Positions 46,615 to 56,857 of a stretch of DNA of 64,000 nucleotides are shown here, piece by piece. The stretch is from assembly GCA_027371545.1 (NCBI GenBank), contig DAHXMW010000001.1, positions 9,378 to 73,377 of the forward strand. The letters run 5' to 3'. How positions within the stretch are numbered: the stretch's first letter is position 1; the number at the start of each line of letters is the position of its first letter. This stretch comes from Candidatus Micrarchaeota archaeon. Its GTDB lineage: Archaea > Micrarchaeota > Micrarchaeia > Micrarchaeales > CABMGC01. The position numbers were made by a program, and so were the translations under genes. Below the pieces are notes generated by a model, which made no database searches, had not been told where the DNA came from, and worked only from the letters and a program-made list of their open reading frames with translations.

Positions 46615-47655
46615 ATGGTGAGAACGATGACAAACCAGAAAAAAGATTTAAGGCAGGAGAAAAACGATGACTTTGAACTGTTAGCTGACTCAGCGCACCC
46701 TGCGCAGCAGAGGCCATACGCTGCGAGAAGGGACAGCGAGAATCCGGCTGAGATAAAGCACTGCCCAAGTTGCGGCAGCACGGATGTAATATTCGACAAC
46801 GAGAAGGGAGAGTATGTATGCAACAACTGCGGTCTGATAATAGAAGAGAACGTGACTGACGTAGGACCAGAGTGGAGAGCTTTCGACAGCGATCAGAGGA
46901 ATTCAAGGGCGAGGACAGGCGCTCCAATAAAGTACATGAAGCCCAACAAGGGCCTGGTAACAGAGATTGATATGTACAATAAGGACATACGTGGCACAAA
47001 GTTGCCATCAAAGCGCCAGGCACAGCTATACCGCATGAGGAAATGGCATAAGAGGGCAAGCATCGCCAGTTCAAGCGAGAGAAACTACATAATAGCGATG
47101 CCTGAGCTGAACAGGGTAGCAAGCTACCTGGGGCTTCCAGACAATATAAGGGAGCAGGCTGCGCTTCTATACAGGCAGTGCGTAAAGAACAACCTGATAA
47201 GGGGAAGGCCGATAGAGACGGTAGTGAACGCAGCATTATATGCTACATGCAGGAAGACTGGTATGCCAAGAACGCTTGACGAGATAGCACAGATATCTGG
47301 CGTGCCGAAGAAGGAGATAGGCAGGTCATTCAGGGTGATTGCCCATGAGCTTAATCTGAAGATACCACTGACTGATCCTTCTAGCTATGTTCCGAGGTAT
47401 ATATCCGCACTTAAGCTTAGCGGAGAAGCACAGGAGAAGTCAATGCTTCTCTTAAAGCAGGCGATGAAGAAAGGCCTTGTCAGCGGAAGGAGCCCTACTG
47501 GGGTCTCTGCTGCTGCAGTATACATAGCAGGCGCACTGGTGGGAGAGAGGCGCACCCAGAAGGAAGTGGCAGATGTGGCAGGAGTAACTGAGGTTACCAT
47601 AAGGAACAGGTACAGGGAGTTGAAGAAGGAACTGAACATAGACGTAAACCTCTGA
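46615..47655 (+). CDS. tfb: Transcription initiation factor IIB
   Basis: CP.CG...C..CG Zn ribbon, GPEWRAF, two cyclin repeats, VTEVTIRNRY. Confidence 0.98.
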   Translation: MVRTMTNQKKDLRQEKNDDFELLADSAHPAQQRPYAARRDSENPAEIKHCPSCGSTDVIFDNEKGEYVCNNCGLIIEENVTDVGPEWRAFDSDQRNSRARTGAPIKYMKPNKGLVTEIDMYNKDIRGTKLPSKRQAQLYRMRKWHKRASIASSSERNYIIAMPELNRVASYLGLPDNIREQAALLYRQCVKNNLIRGRPIETVVNAALYATCRKTGMPRTLDEIAQISGVPKKEIGRSFRVIAHELNLKIPLTDPSSYVPRYISALKLSGEAQEKSMLLLKQAMKKGLVSGRSPTGVSAAAVYIAGALVGERRTQKEVADVAGVTEVTIRNRYRELKKELNIDVNL

Positions 47656-47662
47656 TGGCACA

Positions 47663-48163
47663 ATGTCCGGTGCATTAGGGCCAGCCTGGACTTGGCTGGC
47701 ATTTTCTGTATTTTCCATTGCGCTTAGCATGGCATACGCGTCCCCTGGCAGTTATGTGGGTTCCCAGAACTATACTGTAGCGTATGCAAATTCTACAATC
47801 AATAGCACAGCCAATTACATAGAGACAATAAACCAGAGCGGCTACCTTCTCTTCTATCCTAATCTATCAAAGGCATATTCCTACCTGGAAAAGGCAAGGA
47901 GCATATATACAAAATCCCCTTCGGCTGCAGTTGCGTATGCAAATCAAGCAGAGGCTTCTGCAAGAGAACAGTATGCCACTATCGGACAGTATAGGCTTTA
48001 TTCACTTGTAGCTGCTGCTATCTTTACTATTGCAATGGGCGCAATACTATATCTCTTCATGATACCAGTCAGGAAAACAGTCAAGAAAAGCAGCAGTACG
48101 ACACCGGCGAGAATATCACAGAAAAAGCCTACACGAAAGAAAACTAAGGGCCATTATGCCTAA
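47663..48163 (+). CDS. Secreted/membrane-anchored protein of unknown function
   Basis: Signal-like N-terminus, several N-x-S/T sequons, C-terminal TM plus basic tail. Confidence 0.7.
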   Translation: MSGALGPAWTWLAFSVFSIALSMAYASPGSYVGSQNYTVAYANSTINSTANYIETINQSGYLLFYPNLSKAYSYLEKARSIYTKSPSAAVAYANQAEASAREQYATIGQYRLYSLVAAAIFTIAMGAILYLFMIPVRKTVKKSSSTTPARISQKKPTRKKTKGHYA

Positions 48164-49250
48164 GGCTGTATACTCTTCCCCTCCAGGTTATCCTCCGCAT
48201 GAAGGCAGCACATGAGAGATTATAAACATACAAAAACGGCATAAGCACAGAAGCCACAAGTAATGGTGCTGTGGCATCCTTCCCAGCTCTCTTTCTTGTA
48301 CGGTATGCTGATATAGCTGCATGCAAGAGCAGCACTAAGGAAAGAGGATTGTATTGCGCAAGGGCCACTCCTGTTATTATCAGCAATGATTCGGCTGAGT
48401 AGTAAGCCAGTCCTACATAAAGATTTCTCCGCTGCCCAAGTACACTCAATGCCGCCTGCCGGTTTGACCACTCGAGGAACTCCGGTAAACTATCTTTTGA
48501 TATGACTTCAGGATGATATTTTCCAACATACCAAATTCCCAAGCCCTCTCCCATAGCCATCTTCATTATTGTTATGTCATCTGAGACAGAGAAATCTGAC
48601 TCAAGGAAGAAGCGCATTCTACTACCTCCAGCTATAAGGCTTCTCCTGAAGGCCATAGACCCGCCCCATACAAATCTTGTAGCATTGCTTTCCATCAGCC
48701 CTTCACCTACGAAACCCCATGCAAATTTGAATAGGGAGACAACTCCTCCTTCAGGAGCAAAGCGTGGGAACATTGTTGAGACCCCGATCTTCTTATCTGC
48801 CAGGGGCGCAACTAGCTCCGAAAGCCATGTCATTTCTACACGTATGTCAGAGTCGGCCACAGCATACACCTCATATCCTGGATTCATCTTGATGGCGCTT
48901 GCTATCGCCCTGACCTTTCCGCTGCACTTATAGCATTTTATATTGGAGATGATATGTTGCACTTCTGCCTTCTCTGTTGCATCAACTGCCGGATCACTGG
49001 CATCGTCGACAACTGCAATAACTCTGAAATCCGGATAATCCTGCATTTTTATTGATTTCAGGTTCCCCTCCAGTCCACGATCCATGCCCCTGCAGGGAAC
49101 TATAACCAGAACGCGCGGATGGTATGCCATCGGATTGTGCACCTTTTCCTCCATATTATTTCTGCCCCTCAGCTTAATCACATCAGCCGCAATCAGCAAG
49201 GCAAATACCGCTGAAATAAAGAGTAGATAATACTGCAAAAGCCAATTCAA
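48144..49250 (-). CDS. GT2/GT21-like membrane glycosyltransferase (ceramide glucosyltransferase/HpnI-like)
   Basis: VIVP.RG.D, SGK, ADSD, WGGSMA.R, SDD, W..RQ, I.WRG..Y. Confidence 0.85.
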   Translation of the reverse strand: MNWLLQYYLLFISAVFALLIAADVIKLRGRNNMEEKVHNPMAYHPRVLVIVPCRGMDRGLEGNLKSIKMQDYPDFRVIAVVDDASDPAVDATEKAEVQHIISNIKCYKCSGKVRAIASAIKMNPGYEVYAVADSDIRVEMTWLSELVAPLADKKIGVSTMFPRFAPEGGVVSLFKFAWGFVGEGLMESNATRFVWGGSMAFRRSLIAGGSRMRFFLESDFSVSDDITIMKMAMGEGLGIWYVGKYHPEVISKDSLPEFLEWSNRQAALSVLGQRRNLYVGLAYYSAESLLIITGVALAQYNPLSLVLLLHAAISAYRTRKRAGKDATAPLLVASVLMPFLYVYNLSCAAFMRRITWRGRVYSLRHNGP

Positions 49251-49307
49251 TTTTCCACCCTCCTAATCTACAAACATTTATATTATTCTAACCAGACTGA
49301 TAATCAT

Positions 49308-50348
49308 ATGCCATACCACAGTTTTGAGACTATAATACTGCCCTCGTTTCTAGCATTCATAATAACTATAATAGGGACAGAGTTCATAATGGTATACCTG
49401 AAAGGCGCAGGCATAATAGCAGAAGATAGAAACAAGAGCAAGCCAGTGATACTGCCCAGCAGTGGAGGTGTGGCTGTAGCATTCGGGCTTATAGTGGGTA
49501 TACTTTCATATACATTTGGAGGATCTTTCTTATTCGTTCCAGTTCTGGACGTAGAGAAACTTCTCTCTATAGCACTATCAATAGTCCTAATTGCGTTCGT
49601 GGGCTTCCTTGATGACGTAAACGTGAAGAGCCACAGGGTTGCGAGCACAGGGATAAAAGATATAAGGCAGGGCCTAAGGCAGTGGCAAAAGCCGCTTCTC
49701 ACGTTTGTCGGTGCCCTTCCGCTCATGGCTATAAACGCAGGCGTAGGGGTTGTCTTCGTTCCGTTTATCGGTAGGATAGCATTGGGAATACTCTACCCTC
49801 TGATAGTACTTCCGATAGCAATAATATTCGTCTCTAATTCCTTCAACCTCCTTGGAGGGTTTGATGGGTTGCAGCCATCAATGGGCGCAATAGCGGCTCT
49901 CGGCCTGGTAATCTACTCATTTTTCTACGGCAATTACATGGGGCTATTTCTTTCCTCTATACTATTTGCGGCCATTTTGGGGTTTATCCCGTTCAATACG
50001 TATAGGGCAAAGATAATCCCTGGTGACAGCTTTACGTATGCAGTAGGGGCCTCCCTTGTAGCAGTAATGGTCATGGGTAATGCTGAGGCGTTCGGTATTA
50101 TAATATTCGTGCCTTGGATTATAGAGTTCTTCCTGCACCTGCGCAAGAAATTCAAGGTATCAGATCTTGGCGTGCGCCAGAAGGATGGGACGTTCAAGGC
50201 TCCTTACGGCAGGAAAATATATAGCCTGACGCATGCAGTAATGAACCTCAAGCCGATGAGGGAGAAGGATATAACCCGCTACCTTTCAGCAGTAGAAGTT
50301 ATGTTTGTGCTTTTAGGGCTCGGACTTAAGCTTGCCGGATTGCTCTGA
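49308..50348 (+). CDS. UDP-GlcNAc:polyprenyl-phosphate GlcNAc-1-P transferase (MraY/AglH-like)
   Basis: P.SGG, GFLDD, N.FNLL.G.DGL, N.Y.AKI.PGD. Confidence 0.88.
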   Translation: MPYHSFETIILPSFLAFIITIIGTEFIMVYLKGAGIIAEDRNKSKPVILPSSGGVAVAFGLIVGILSYTFGGSFLFVPVLDVEKLLSIALSIVLIAFVGFLDDVNVKSHRVASTGIKDIRQGLRQWQKPLLTFVGALPLMAINAGVGVVFVPFIGRIALGILYPLIVLPIAIIFVSNSFNLLGGFDGLQPSMGAIAALGLVIYSFFYGNYMGLFLSSILFAAILGFIPFNTYRAKIIPGDSFTYAVGASLVAVMVMGNAEAFGIIIFVPWIIEFFLHLRKKFKVSDLGVRQKDGTFKAPYGRKIYSLTHAVMNLKPMREKDITRYLSAVEVMFVLLGLGLKLAGLL

Positions 50349-50569
50349 CGCACAAACCTGGACCCGTCAAATATCAGTTTAACATCATCGGCTTTTATTG
50401 TCTTCCTACCTGCATGCTGAGCGTACGTGCGCGATCTCTCTGTCATCTGCTCCGCAAGCTTCTCTATCTCCTCTTCCAACCTTAAAACTGCGTCTTCAGT
50501 AACCTTCTCTGCGCCAGCTTCCCGTATAAATTGCTCTATCTCATAAAGACTAAATGATTTTTTTATCAC
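50279..50569 (-). CDS. Archaeal histone-fold protein with C-terminal extension
   Basis: IREAGAEKVTEDA...YAQHAGRKTIKADDV; GTG start; 3' end overlaps the convergent gene by 70 bp. Confidence 0.88.
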   Translation of the reverse strand: MIKKSFSLYEIEQFIREAGAEKVTEDAVLRLEEEIEKLAEQMTERSRTYAQHAGRKTIKADDVKLIFDGSRFVRQSNPASLSPSPKSTNITSTAER

Positions 50570-50737
50570 AGCATTACCCCAAGGAAAAAAGACAATAGAG
50601 TTGAAAGGAAAACCTTTAAATTCATATTCGGGTGCCCATAATAGCGGCATTACCAGAAGTTTTACTGGAATATCCACTCTGTAGAGGCAAACTGCCAGCT
50701 TCATATACCGATTCAGGCGAAACCAGACATATCTGGC

Positions 50738-51928
50738 TTACTTGTATCGCAGTATAGCCCCTATGCCCTTGAAGCCCATCAGGAACTCCTTTCCATAAGA
50801 ACTCTCAGATGACACAAATACCGTATCTACCCCTCCTTCATCGGCGAGACCTACCAGTTCTGCTATTGCATCTTCCCTAGATACAGGTTCAAGGGTCCCG
50901 CCGCACTCGTGCCTCTTTTGCTTCACTTCACTTTCCATGCTCTTTACTATCTGGTTGCAGGAGCTGCATTTATACTCAACCATATACATCTCTAGGTCAT
51001 TGTTTATTATGAGCGTGCCTGCCTGATTCGCAAGAAGCGCCTTCTTGGTATTCTCATATCCGTATGTTGCCAATCCCCCATGGGATATCTCTTGGATGAA
51101 CCGCTCTATAACTCTCCTCTCCATATACGCTTCCTGTTCCTTGAGCAGATCAGAAGCCTTCTCCACAAGTTCGTTGAGCCCGAACTCATCCGTATATCCT
51201 GTATCATATACGCCGAGTATCTTTATCTGATAATTCAAGGTGTTTGATTTCACAAAGCCTTCCTTGGTAGGCCCAGGCCCACCAACTATAAGCCCCTTTA
51301 CCTTGAACTGGCTCTGCTCGAATACGGAGTTTATTATCTCAGAGACACGCGAGTAGTACTCGCCTATGCTCTCCTCGATTATCCTCTCGTATCTCCTTGC
51401 CGACTGCCCTCCCTTGCGCACCTTCGCATGAACCATCGAATTAAGTTTCTTAATAACCTGTATGTGCAGGCCCTTCAGTGTGGCAACAGTTGCCTCTCTG
51501 CCATCAAGGACAACAAGGGCGTATGTATCCTTAGTGCTGACTATGTCCTCTATAGGATCCAAGAGAAACGTTGAATCGCATCGGTATATGTTTACTTTTA
51601 TGGGCAGCGGCGGCTCCATTGAGAACAATTCTATCGATGTCTTTCCAGGGTTGTCTGAGATGTTGCCGCAGAACACCGCAAGTCCATTCTTCGGGGTTTC
51701 CTTGTAAAGCCTCAGGTACTGTATTATCTTGTCTATCGCGCTCTGAACGTTAGTCCGTGTGGACTTTGACTTTATATTAGATGATTGGCTGTATTCCTCC
51801 CTGAGCTTTGAGACTTCTTCCGAAAGCTGAAAACCTGCAGGTACGTATATGCTTATAAGCTCCGTTCCAGAGCCGCGTATAGAACGCAGTTTTTTTATCT
51901 CCCTAAGCATCGAGTACTCGTTTTTCAT
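50738..51928 (-). CDS. prf1: Peptide chain release factor aRF1
   Basis: G.GTELIS.Y, NIKS, YRCD, GGQS motifs. Confidence 0.98.
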   Translation of the reverse strand: MKNEYSMLREIKKLRSIRGSGTELISIYVPAGFQLSEEVSKLREEYSQSSNIKSKSTRTNVQSAIDKIIQYLRLYKETPKNGLAVFCGNISDNPGKTSIELFSMEPPLPIKVNIYRCDSTFLLDPIEDIVSTKDTYALVVLDGREATVATLKGLHIQVIKKLNSMVHAKVRKGGQSARRYERIIEESIGEYYSRVSEIINSVFEQSQFKVKGLIVGGPGPTKEGFVKSNTLNYQIKILGVYDTGYTDEFGLNELVEKASDLLKEQEAYMERRVIERFIQEISHGGLATYGYENTKKALLANQAGTLIINNDLEMYMVEYKCSSCNQIVKSMESEVKQKRHECGGTLEPVSREDAIAELVGLADEGGVDTVFVSSESSYGKEFLMGFKGIGAILRYK

Positions 51929-52003
51929 CGTTATTCTACCATGTGGAAAGGCTTCAGTAAAAGTATTTAAATAGCAATGCTAATAAATACAATAAGATTG
52001 GAT

Positions 52004-52159
52004 ATGCCGGGATTATCGACTCCGCAGCAGCAGGCTGGAATACTTAGCTTCTACGATGCACCCGAGAAGGGTCCCAGGCTCAGCGCAAAGCACATACTTG
52101 TTTTTGCAGTAATATTCTCAATTATAATAATCTTCCTGGACCACGTGGTCGCGCTATAG
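52004..52159 (+). CDS. secG: Preprotein translocase subunit Sec61beta/SecG
   Basis: AGILSFYD....GP.L followed by a single C-terminal TM. Confidence 0.8.
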   Translation: MPGLSTPQQQAGILSFYDAPEKGPRLSAKHILVFAVIFSIIIIFLDHVVAL

Positions 52160-52206
52160 AGTATTATGCTGCAAGTGCCGTACGAAAGCAGCGATCCTGT
52201 GCCATT

Positions 52207-53088
52207 TCATGTAAGCGTAAAGGCATCCTTTCTCTTCTCACTGACTTCTCCGCTTTCAGAAAGCAGATATAATATCGCCCTTATCCCTTCTTCGTCTATG
52301 CCTGTCTTTGCGGACAGGTCAGCAGTCTTTGATGTACCGCTTCCTATAAGCTTTATGAGCTGCGGACCGTTCTTTTCCATGAAAGACCTTAGCACAATAT
52401 AGAATTTCCTGTTGAAGGCCCTAGTGCCAAGGACATGCCCCTTCCTTATGCTCTCCTCTAGCGCACTTGATATCGCAGCGGCCTGACTCTCGCTCTGCAG
52501 TACTATATAACCTTCTTTCTCAAGCGTGGCAACCTCGTCAATCTCTGTTATTGGTGTGTAGCCTGCCGAAGGCTGCTGTGCACGCTGCACATAAGATGGG
52601 CCCCTGGGCTGCTGGTATGCTTTCAACTGCGGTGCTGGGGAGGCGCCAGGTGTGCTCTTCTTGCGCATAAGGAAGTTATCATAAACATCCTTAGAAATGC
52701 TGTATACCCTATTTCCATCCTTGCTATTGAAGAGGTTCACGAACTTTTTCTGAAGCAGGGATTTCATTACAGCTTTTTCATCCTGCGTAAGAAGTTTGTT
52801 TACATTCTCAACAGTCCTCATCTGGTATCTGAGAGTATCTATTTTTTTGAGCACTGCAATCTCGACTTGCGAAGGCGTCAGTGGCGCTCTTCTTGCCACC
52901 TGCTGCGCTGAAGCAGCAGCATCGCGCCCTTCCCTGTAACTATCATCCTTCTTTATTACTATATAACCTCCGTCATCGCTTCTAAGGAACTCGACTTCCT
53001 GCCCCTCAGAGAGTTTCATCGACTTGATAAGTTCGTCTGGAAGGTTTACAATCAGCTTATTGCTCTTTGTCCTGTATATCTTAACCAA
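52207..53088 (-). CDS. AbrB/MazE-type N-terminal domain protein with probable winged-helix domains
   Basis: L.VNLP.E..K.M.L.EG.EVEF; C-terminal T..LS..TG....I..IL..L...G.V. Confidence 0.7.
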   Translation of the reverse strand: MVKIYRTKSNKLIVNLPDELIKSMKLSEGQEVEFLRSDDGGYIVIKKDDSYREGRDAAASAQQVARRAPLTPSQVEIAVLKKIDTLRYQMRTVENVNKLLTQDEKAVMKSLLQKKFVNLFNSKDGNRVYSISKDVYDNFLMRKKSTPGASPAPQLKAYQQPRGPSYVQRAQQPSAGYTPITEIDEVATLEKEGYIVLQSESQAAAISSALEESIRKGHVLGTRAFNRKFYIVLRSFMEKNGPQLIKLIGSGTSKTADLSAKTGIDEEGIRAILYLLSESGEVSEKRKDAFTLT

Positions 53089-53173
53089 TCAACCATCATC
53101 GCAGTTAAATATGCAGTAATTTATTCCATGGAAAGTATAAAAAGTTAGCATAATATAAAGAGTAGGTGTTCAT

Positions 53174-54067
53174 TTGCGATACACTGCCGCACGGGCTGCG
53201 GATTTCCTAGTGTTGGAGAGAAGTAGGCATGCATTCTCTTCGAAGAGAGACAATGGTCGCGTCATGATCTTCGGAGGTTCATCCAGATACCACGGTGCAG
53301 TAGCTCTGGCATCACTCGCAGCTTTGAGAGCAGGCGCAGGTTACGTAGTATCAATGGTTCCACAGAAAATACTTGTGGAAGAAAGGTCCGTCTCACCGAA
53401 CATAATAGTGGTGCCTTCAGGAATAAGCCATCTGTCTTTTGGAAAAGCAGCGATGGCGGAGATTGAAAAGTCAGATTCCATCGTAATAGGTCCTGGTGCC
53501 GGGAGGGATCCGCCAACACTAAACGCATGCGCATCTGCAATACGCAATGCGTGCATCTCCAGGAAGAAGCTCGTCATAGACGCGGATGGTATCTTTGCAA
53601 TCAGAAGACAACTAAATCTGGGAAAGAAAGAAGACGTAGTCCTTACTCCTAATGATAGGGAAGCAGCAGTGCTTGCGGGAATGGCGATTGGCGAGGAGAA
53701 TGCATCCAGCATACAAAAAAGGATAGACATCGCTATTCACATAGCAAAAACATACCATACATCGGTAATACTAAAGGGCCACAGAAGTATTGTGACTGAT
53801 GGCACGCGTGTAAAGGCCATAACGCCAAAAACCGCAACCCTTGCCACTATGGGAACTGGCGATGTCTTGTCAGGGATACTCTCCTTCTATCTAACCAGAT
53901 CAAGTGACGCATTCGACGCCTCAGTCTGCGCCGCATATCTGCACGCAATGATTGGGGACTACATAGCCGCAAATTTTGGGGAGCATGCAATAGCATCAGA
54001 TATAATAGAAAATATGCCTGCTGCAATATCATGGATAAAGAAGGGAATGGGGCGTATTCGCAAATAA
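53174..54067 (+). CDS. nnrD: ADP-dependent NAD(P)H-hydrate dehydratase (YjeF C-terminal)
   Basis: K...G.V...GGS..Y.GA, IGPG.G, DADG, LTPN..E, LKG, G.GDVL.G. Confidence 0.92.
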   Translation: MRYTAARAADFLVLERSRHAFSSKRDNGRVMIFGGSSRYHGAVALASLAALRAGAGYVVSMVPQKILVEERSVSPNIIVVPSGISHLSFGKAAMAEIEKSDSIVIGPGAGRDPPTLNACASAIRNACISRKKLVIDADGIFAIRRQLNLGKKEDVVLTPNDREAAVLAGMAIGEENASSIQKRIDIAIHIAKTYHTSVILKGHRSIVTDGTRVKAITPKTATLATMGTGDVLSGILSFYLTRSSDAFDASVCAAYLHAMIGDYIAANFGEHAIASDIIENMPAAISWIKKGMGRIRK

Positions 54068-54094
54068 CTATTTAATATTGGATAACCAAATTAT

Positions 54095-56026
54095 ATGCTT
54101 GATATAATGGCTGATGAACCTTATTCCTATGCCTTGGAAGATTTTGCCCATCACATATACGAAAGGGCTAAAGAATGTTATCCCGAAGCCAATCTTGGAG
54201 AGTCTGAGGTTCGCTCTTCTGTCTCATGGCAGAAGTCTGCTGACAAAGATCTCGCCTCTTCGATAGCATTCAAACTTTCCAAAATGCTGAAGAGGAATCC
54301 AAGAGAGATAGCCGATAAACTCTTCAAGAGCGCAGAAATACCCGGAAAGATACCGTATAGAATAAGCAGCGAGAACGGGTATATCAATGCAAGGTTCGAT
54401 AGGGCTAGGTTTTCGGGAGCGGTGCTTCAATATATCAACTCAGAAGATATGACGCACCGGCAAGGCGCAGGATCGAAGCCGAAAGGATTTGTCCTCGCAG
54501 AGTTCCCTAGCGTCAATCCAAACAAGCCGTGGCACATAGGCCATCTCAGGAATGCGCTTCTTGGAGATTCCGTATCGAGGATAATTGAGGCCGACGGATT
54601 CTCGGTAATAAGACAGGATTACATAGACGATCTCGGACTCCAGATTGCGGAGAGCGTATGGGGCTATATCAAACTAAACGGTAATCCTGATAAAAAATTC
54701 GATCAGTGGCTTGGGGAGCAGTATGTTGCGGTAAACAAGGAGATGGAACACGATGGCGTGAAAGAGGAGGTGAACCGTGTGCTCAAGCGCATGGAAGAAG
54801 GCAATACTGAAGAAGCAAGGACCGCGCGCCTTATCGCTGAGAGATGCGTAGCTGCCCAATATGCCACGGCGTTCGAATACGGGATATATCACGACATGCT
54901 GGTCTGGGAGAGCGATATAATAAGGGAAAGGCTTCTTGAGCAGGCTATTGGGCTGCTTGAGCAAAAACACTTCATAGAGAATGTAACAGAGGGTAAGTAC
55001 AAGGGCTGCAAGATAATAAACTTATCAAGCATCAGGAGCAGCGGCTCGGCTTTGGCTGAAGGTCTAGTAGAGAGGGACGATGAAGCAAAGGTTCTAGTCA
55101 GGAGCAGCGGCGCCGCTACATACCTGGCAAAGGACATAGCTTTCCACATGTTTAAGTTCGGCCTTATAGGCAAGGGGATGCGGGTAAGCACATTCTTGGA
55201 GAAGCAGCCAAACGGCAATCCAGTATTTACGACGTCTTCCAGCGGAGAGGAACTCAAGCAGCCTCCATGCGACATGGCTATAAACGTCATAGGCTCTGCG
55301 CAGGATTACCTGCAGCTGCTGTTAAAGTCGTCATTTATCGCCATGGGTATGGATGAAGTTGCGAATAAGATAATACACCTCTCTTACGGTGAAGTCAACA
55401 TAGAAGGCTCCGACCTTAGCGGCAGGAGGGGCGGATGGCTTGGCGAAGGGCGCAACTACACTGCGGATGATCTTCTTGCAGTCACATCATCAAAAGCCGC
55501 AGAGATGCTGCGGAGCAGCAAGAAGTTCGAGATCAGCGAAAATCTCGAAGATACCGCAAGAAGGATAGCGCTCTCTGCAATAAAATTCGAGTTCCTTAAG
55601 ATATCTCCCGAGAGGCGCATCACATTCTCATGGGAGAAGGCACTGAAGTTCGAAGGAGAGACAGGACCATATTGCATATATACCTACGCAAGGTCCAGGA
55701 AGATCCTCAAGAACGCAGGATATACGCTTGATTCAAGCCGTGAACCGGACTGTTCAGCAGTTACAGAAGGCGAGGATTATATCCTGATAAAGCTACTTGC
55801 GGCAAAGGCGGAGTGCATAAAAAAGGCAGCACGCGAATTCAGACCTGACATAATTGCAGATTACCTGATAGCCATATGCTCCTCATTCAGCAGATTCTAT
55901 GAAAAGTACCCTGTGATCAAGGGTGGTGAGAGCAAAGAATTCCGCCTTTGTCTTGTATATGCCGTCTCATTTGCCATAAAGGACCTTCTCATGCTTCTTG
56001 GAATAGAGACTGTTGAATCTATGTAG
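54095..56026 (+). CDS. argS: Arginine--tRNA ligase
   Basis: S.NPNKP.HIGHLRN, Y..KDIA, GPY..Y..AR, C-terminal E.M. Confidence 0.96.
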   Translation: MLDIMADEPYSYALEDFAHHIYERAKECYPEANLGESEVRSSVSWQKSADKDLASSIAFKLSKMLKRNPREIADKLFKSAEIPGKIPYRISSENGYINARFDRARFSGAVLQYINSEDMTHRQGAGSKPKGFVLAEFPSVNPNKPWHIGHLRNALLGDSVSRIIEADGFSVIRQDYIDDLGLQIAESVWGYIKLNGNPDKKFDQWLGEQYVAVNKEMEHDGVKEEVNRVLKRMEEGNTEEARTARLIAERCVAAQYATAFEYGIYHDMLVWESDIIRERLLEQAIGLLEQKHFIENVTEGKYKGCKIINLSSIRSSGSALAEGLVERDDEAKVLVRSSGAATYLAKDIAFHMFKFGLIGKGMRVSTFLEKQPNGNPVFTTSSSGEELKQPPCDMAINVIGSAQDYLQLLLKSSFIAMGMDEVANKIIHLSYGEVNIEGSDLSGRRGGWLGEGRNYTADDLLAVTSSKAAEMLRSSKKFEISENLEDTARRIALSAIKFEFLKISPERRITFSWEKALKFEGETGPYCIYTYARSRKILKNAGYTLDSSREPDCSAVTEGEDYILIKLLAAKAECIKKAAREFRPDIIADYLIAICSSFSRFYEKYPVIKGGESKEFRLCLVYAVSFAIKDLLMLLGIETVESM

Positions 56027-56801
56027 CCCCGCTTTTATCCGCAGCTTCAAGAGACTTTGCTACTTCTTCAGATTCATCATGCTCGATTCCATATCTCTTC
56101 ATAAAGAACGTGGCAATATTGTGCACATCCCTCTCCAGGAATTCCCTGGCTCTTGGATGGTCTATGCTTACCGCCTGCCCAAAATCTATGATGTAAGGCG
56201 TATCATTCTTTACAAGCACATTGTATTCGCTCATATCCCCATGCACCAGTCCATAGCTGCTCAACTTGCGCATAGACTCGAATATCCCTTCCATTATCCT
56301 TTCAGGGTGCTCTGATTTTGTGTCCTTCAATCTTGGCGAAGGAACCCCATTTTCTCCTATAAATTCCATTGCGAGCACATTTCCATTGGCATAATACGGC
56401 ATAGGCGCCATCACCCCTGCCTCCTTCGCTATCTTCAAGTTTCCGTATTCTTTTCTGCACCATATGCCTATAAGTTTATTTACGTCTGTGCTCTTCCCAG
56501 AAAACCTTCTGTCCCCTCTTATGTAATCCTCCCTCTTTCCAAAGCTTGAGGTCTCCATCCTGAATATTTTCAGGAGCACAACATCCTCCTTCACCCTGCG
56601 TCCGTTCTGGGCTAAATAAATATCTGCTTCCTTGCCGCTCGCTATCTGAAAGTATATTGACGAGATTATTCCTATCCCGAAAAGCTTCTTCAGACTGGAA
56701 GTGGTCCTATCATCAATTGACGAGCTGCCGAACTTTAGCACTTCCTTCAGCGTAAACCGGTCCCTGTCTGGCCGTTTCCTCTTGCTTACCATCCGCGACA
56801 T
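56019..56801 (-). CDS. rio1: RIO1-family serine kinase
   Basis: SGKEA.IY, W..KE..NL, VHGD.SEYN, IDFGQ, L.RD..N. Confidence 0.93.
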   Translation of the reverse strand: MSRMVSKRKRPDRDRFTLKEVLKFGSSSIDDRTTSSLKKLFGIGIISSIYFQIASGKEADIYLAQNGRRVKEDVVLLKIFRMETSSFGKREDYIRGDRRFSGKSTDVNKLIGIWCRKEYGNLKIAKEAGVMAPMPYYANGNVLAMEFIGENGVPSPRLKDTKSEHPERIMEGIFESMRKLSSYGLVHGDMSEYNVLVKNDTPYIIDFGQAVSIDHPRAREFLERDVHNIATFFMKRYGIEHDESEEVAKSLEAADKSGAT

Positions 56802-56857
56802 GATATAATATCCCTCCCAACATTTCTATATTTATTCTTTGCCTGAGCAGTCTCACC

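Noticed and set aside
50570..50704. N-terminal histone tail suggested by the ORF track
   Set aside because: The extension crosses AT-rich promoter-like sequence and is not tail-like; GTG at 50569 is the more plausible start.
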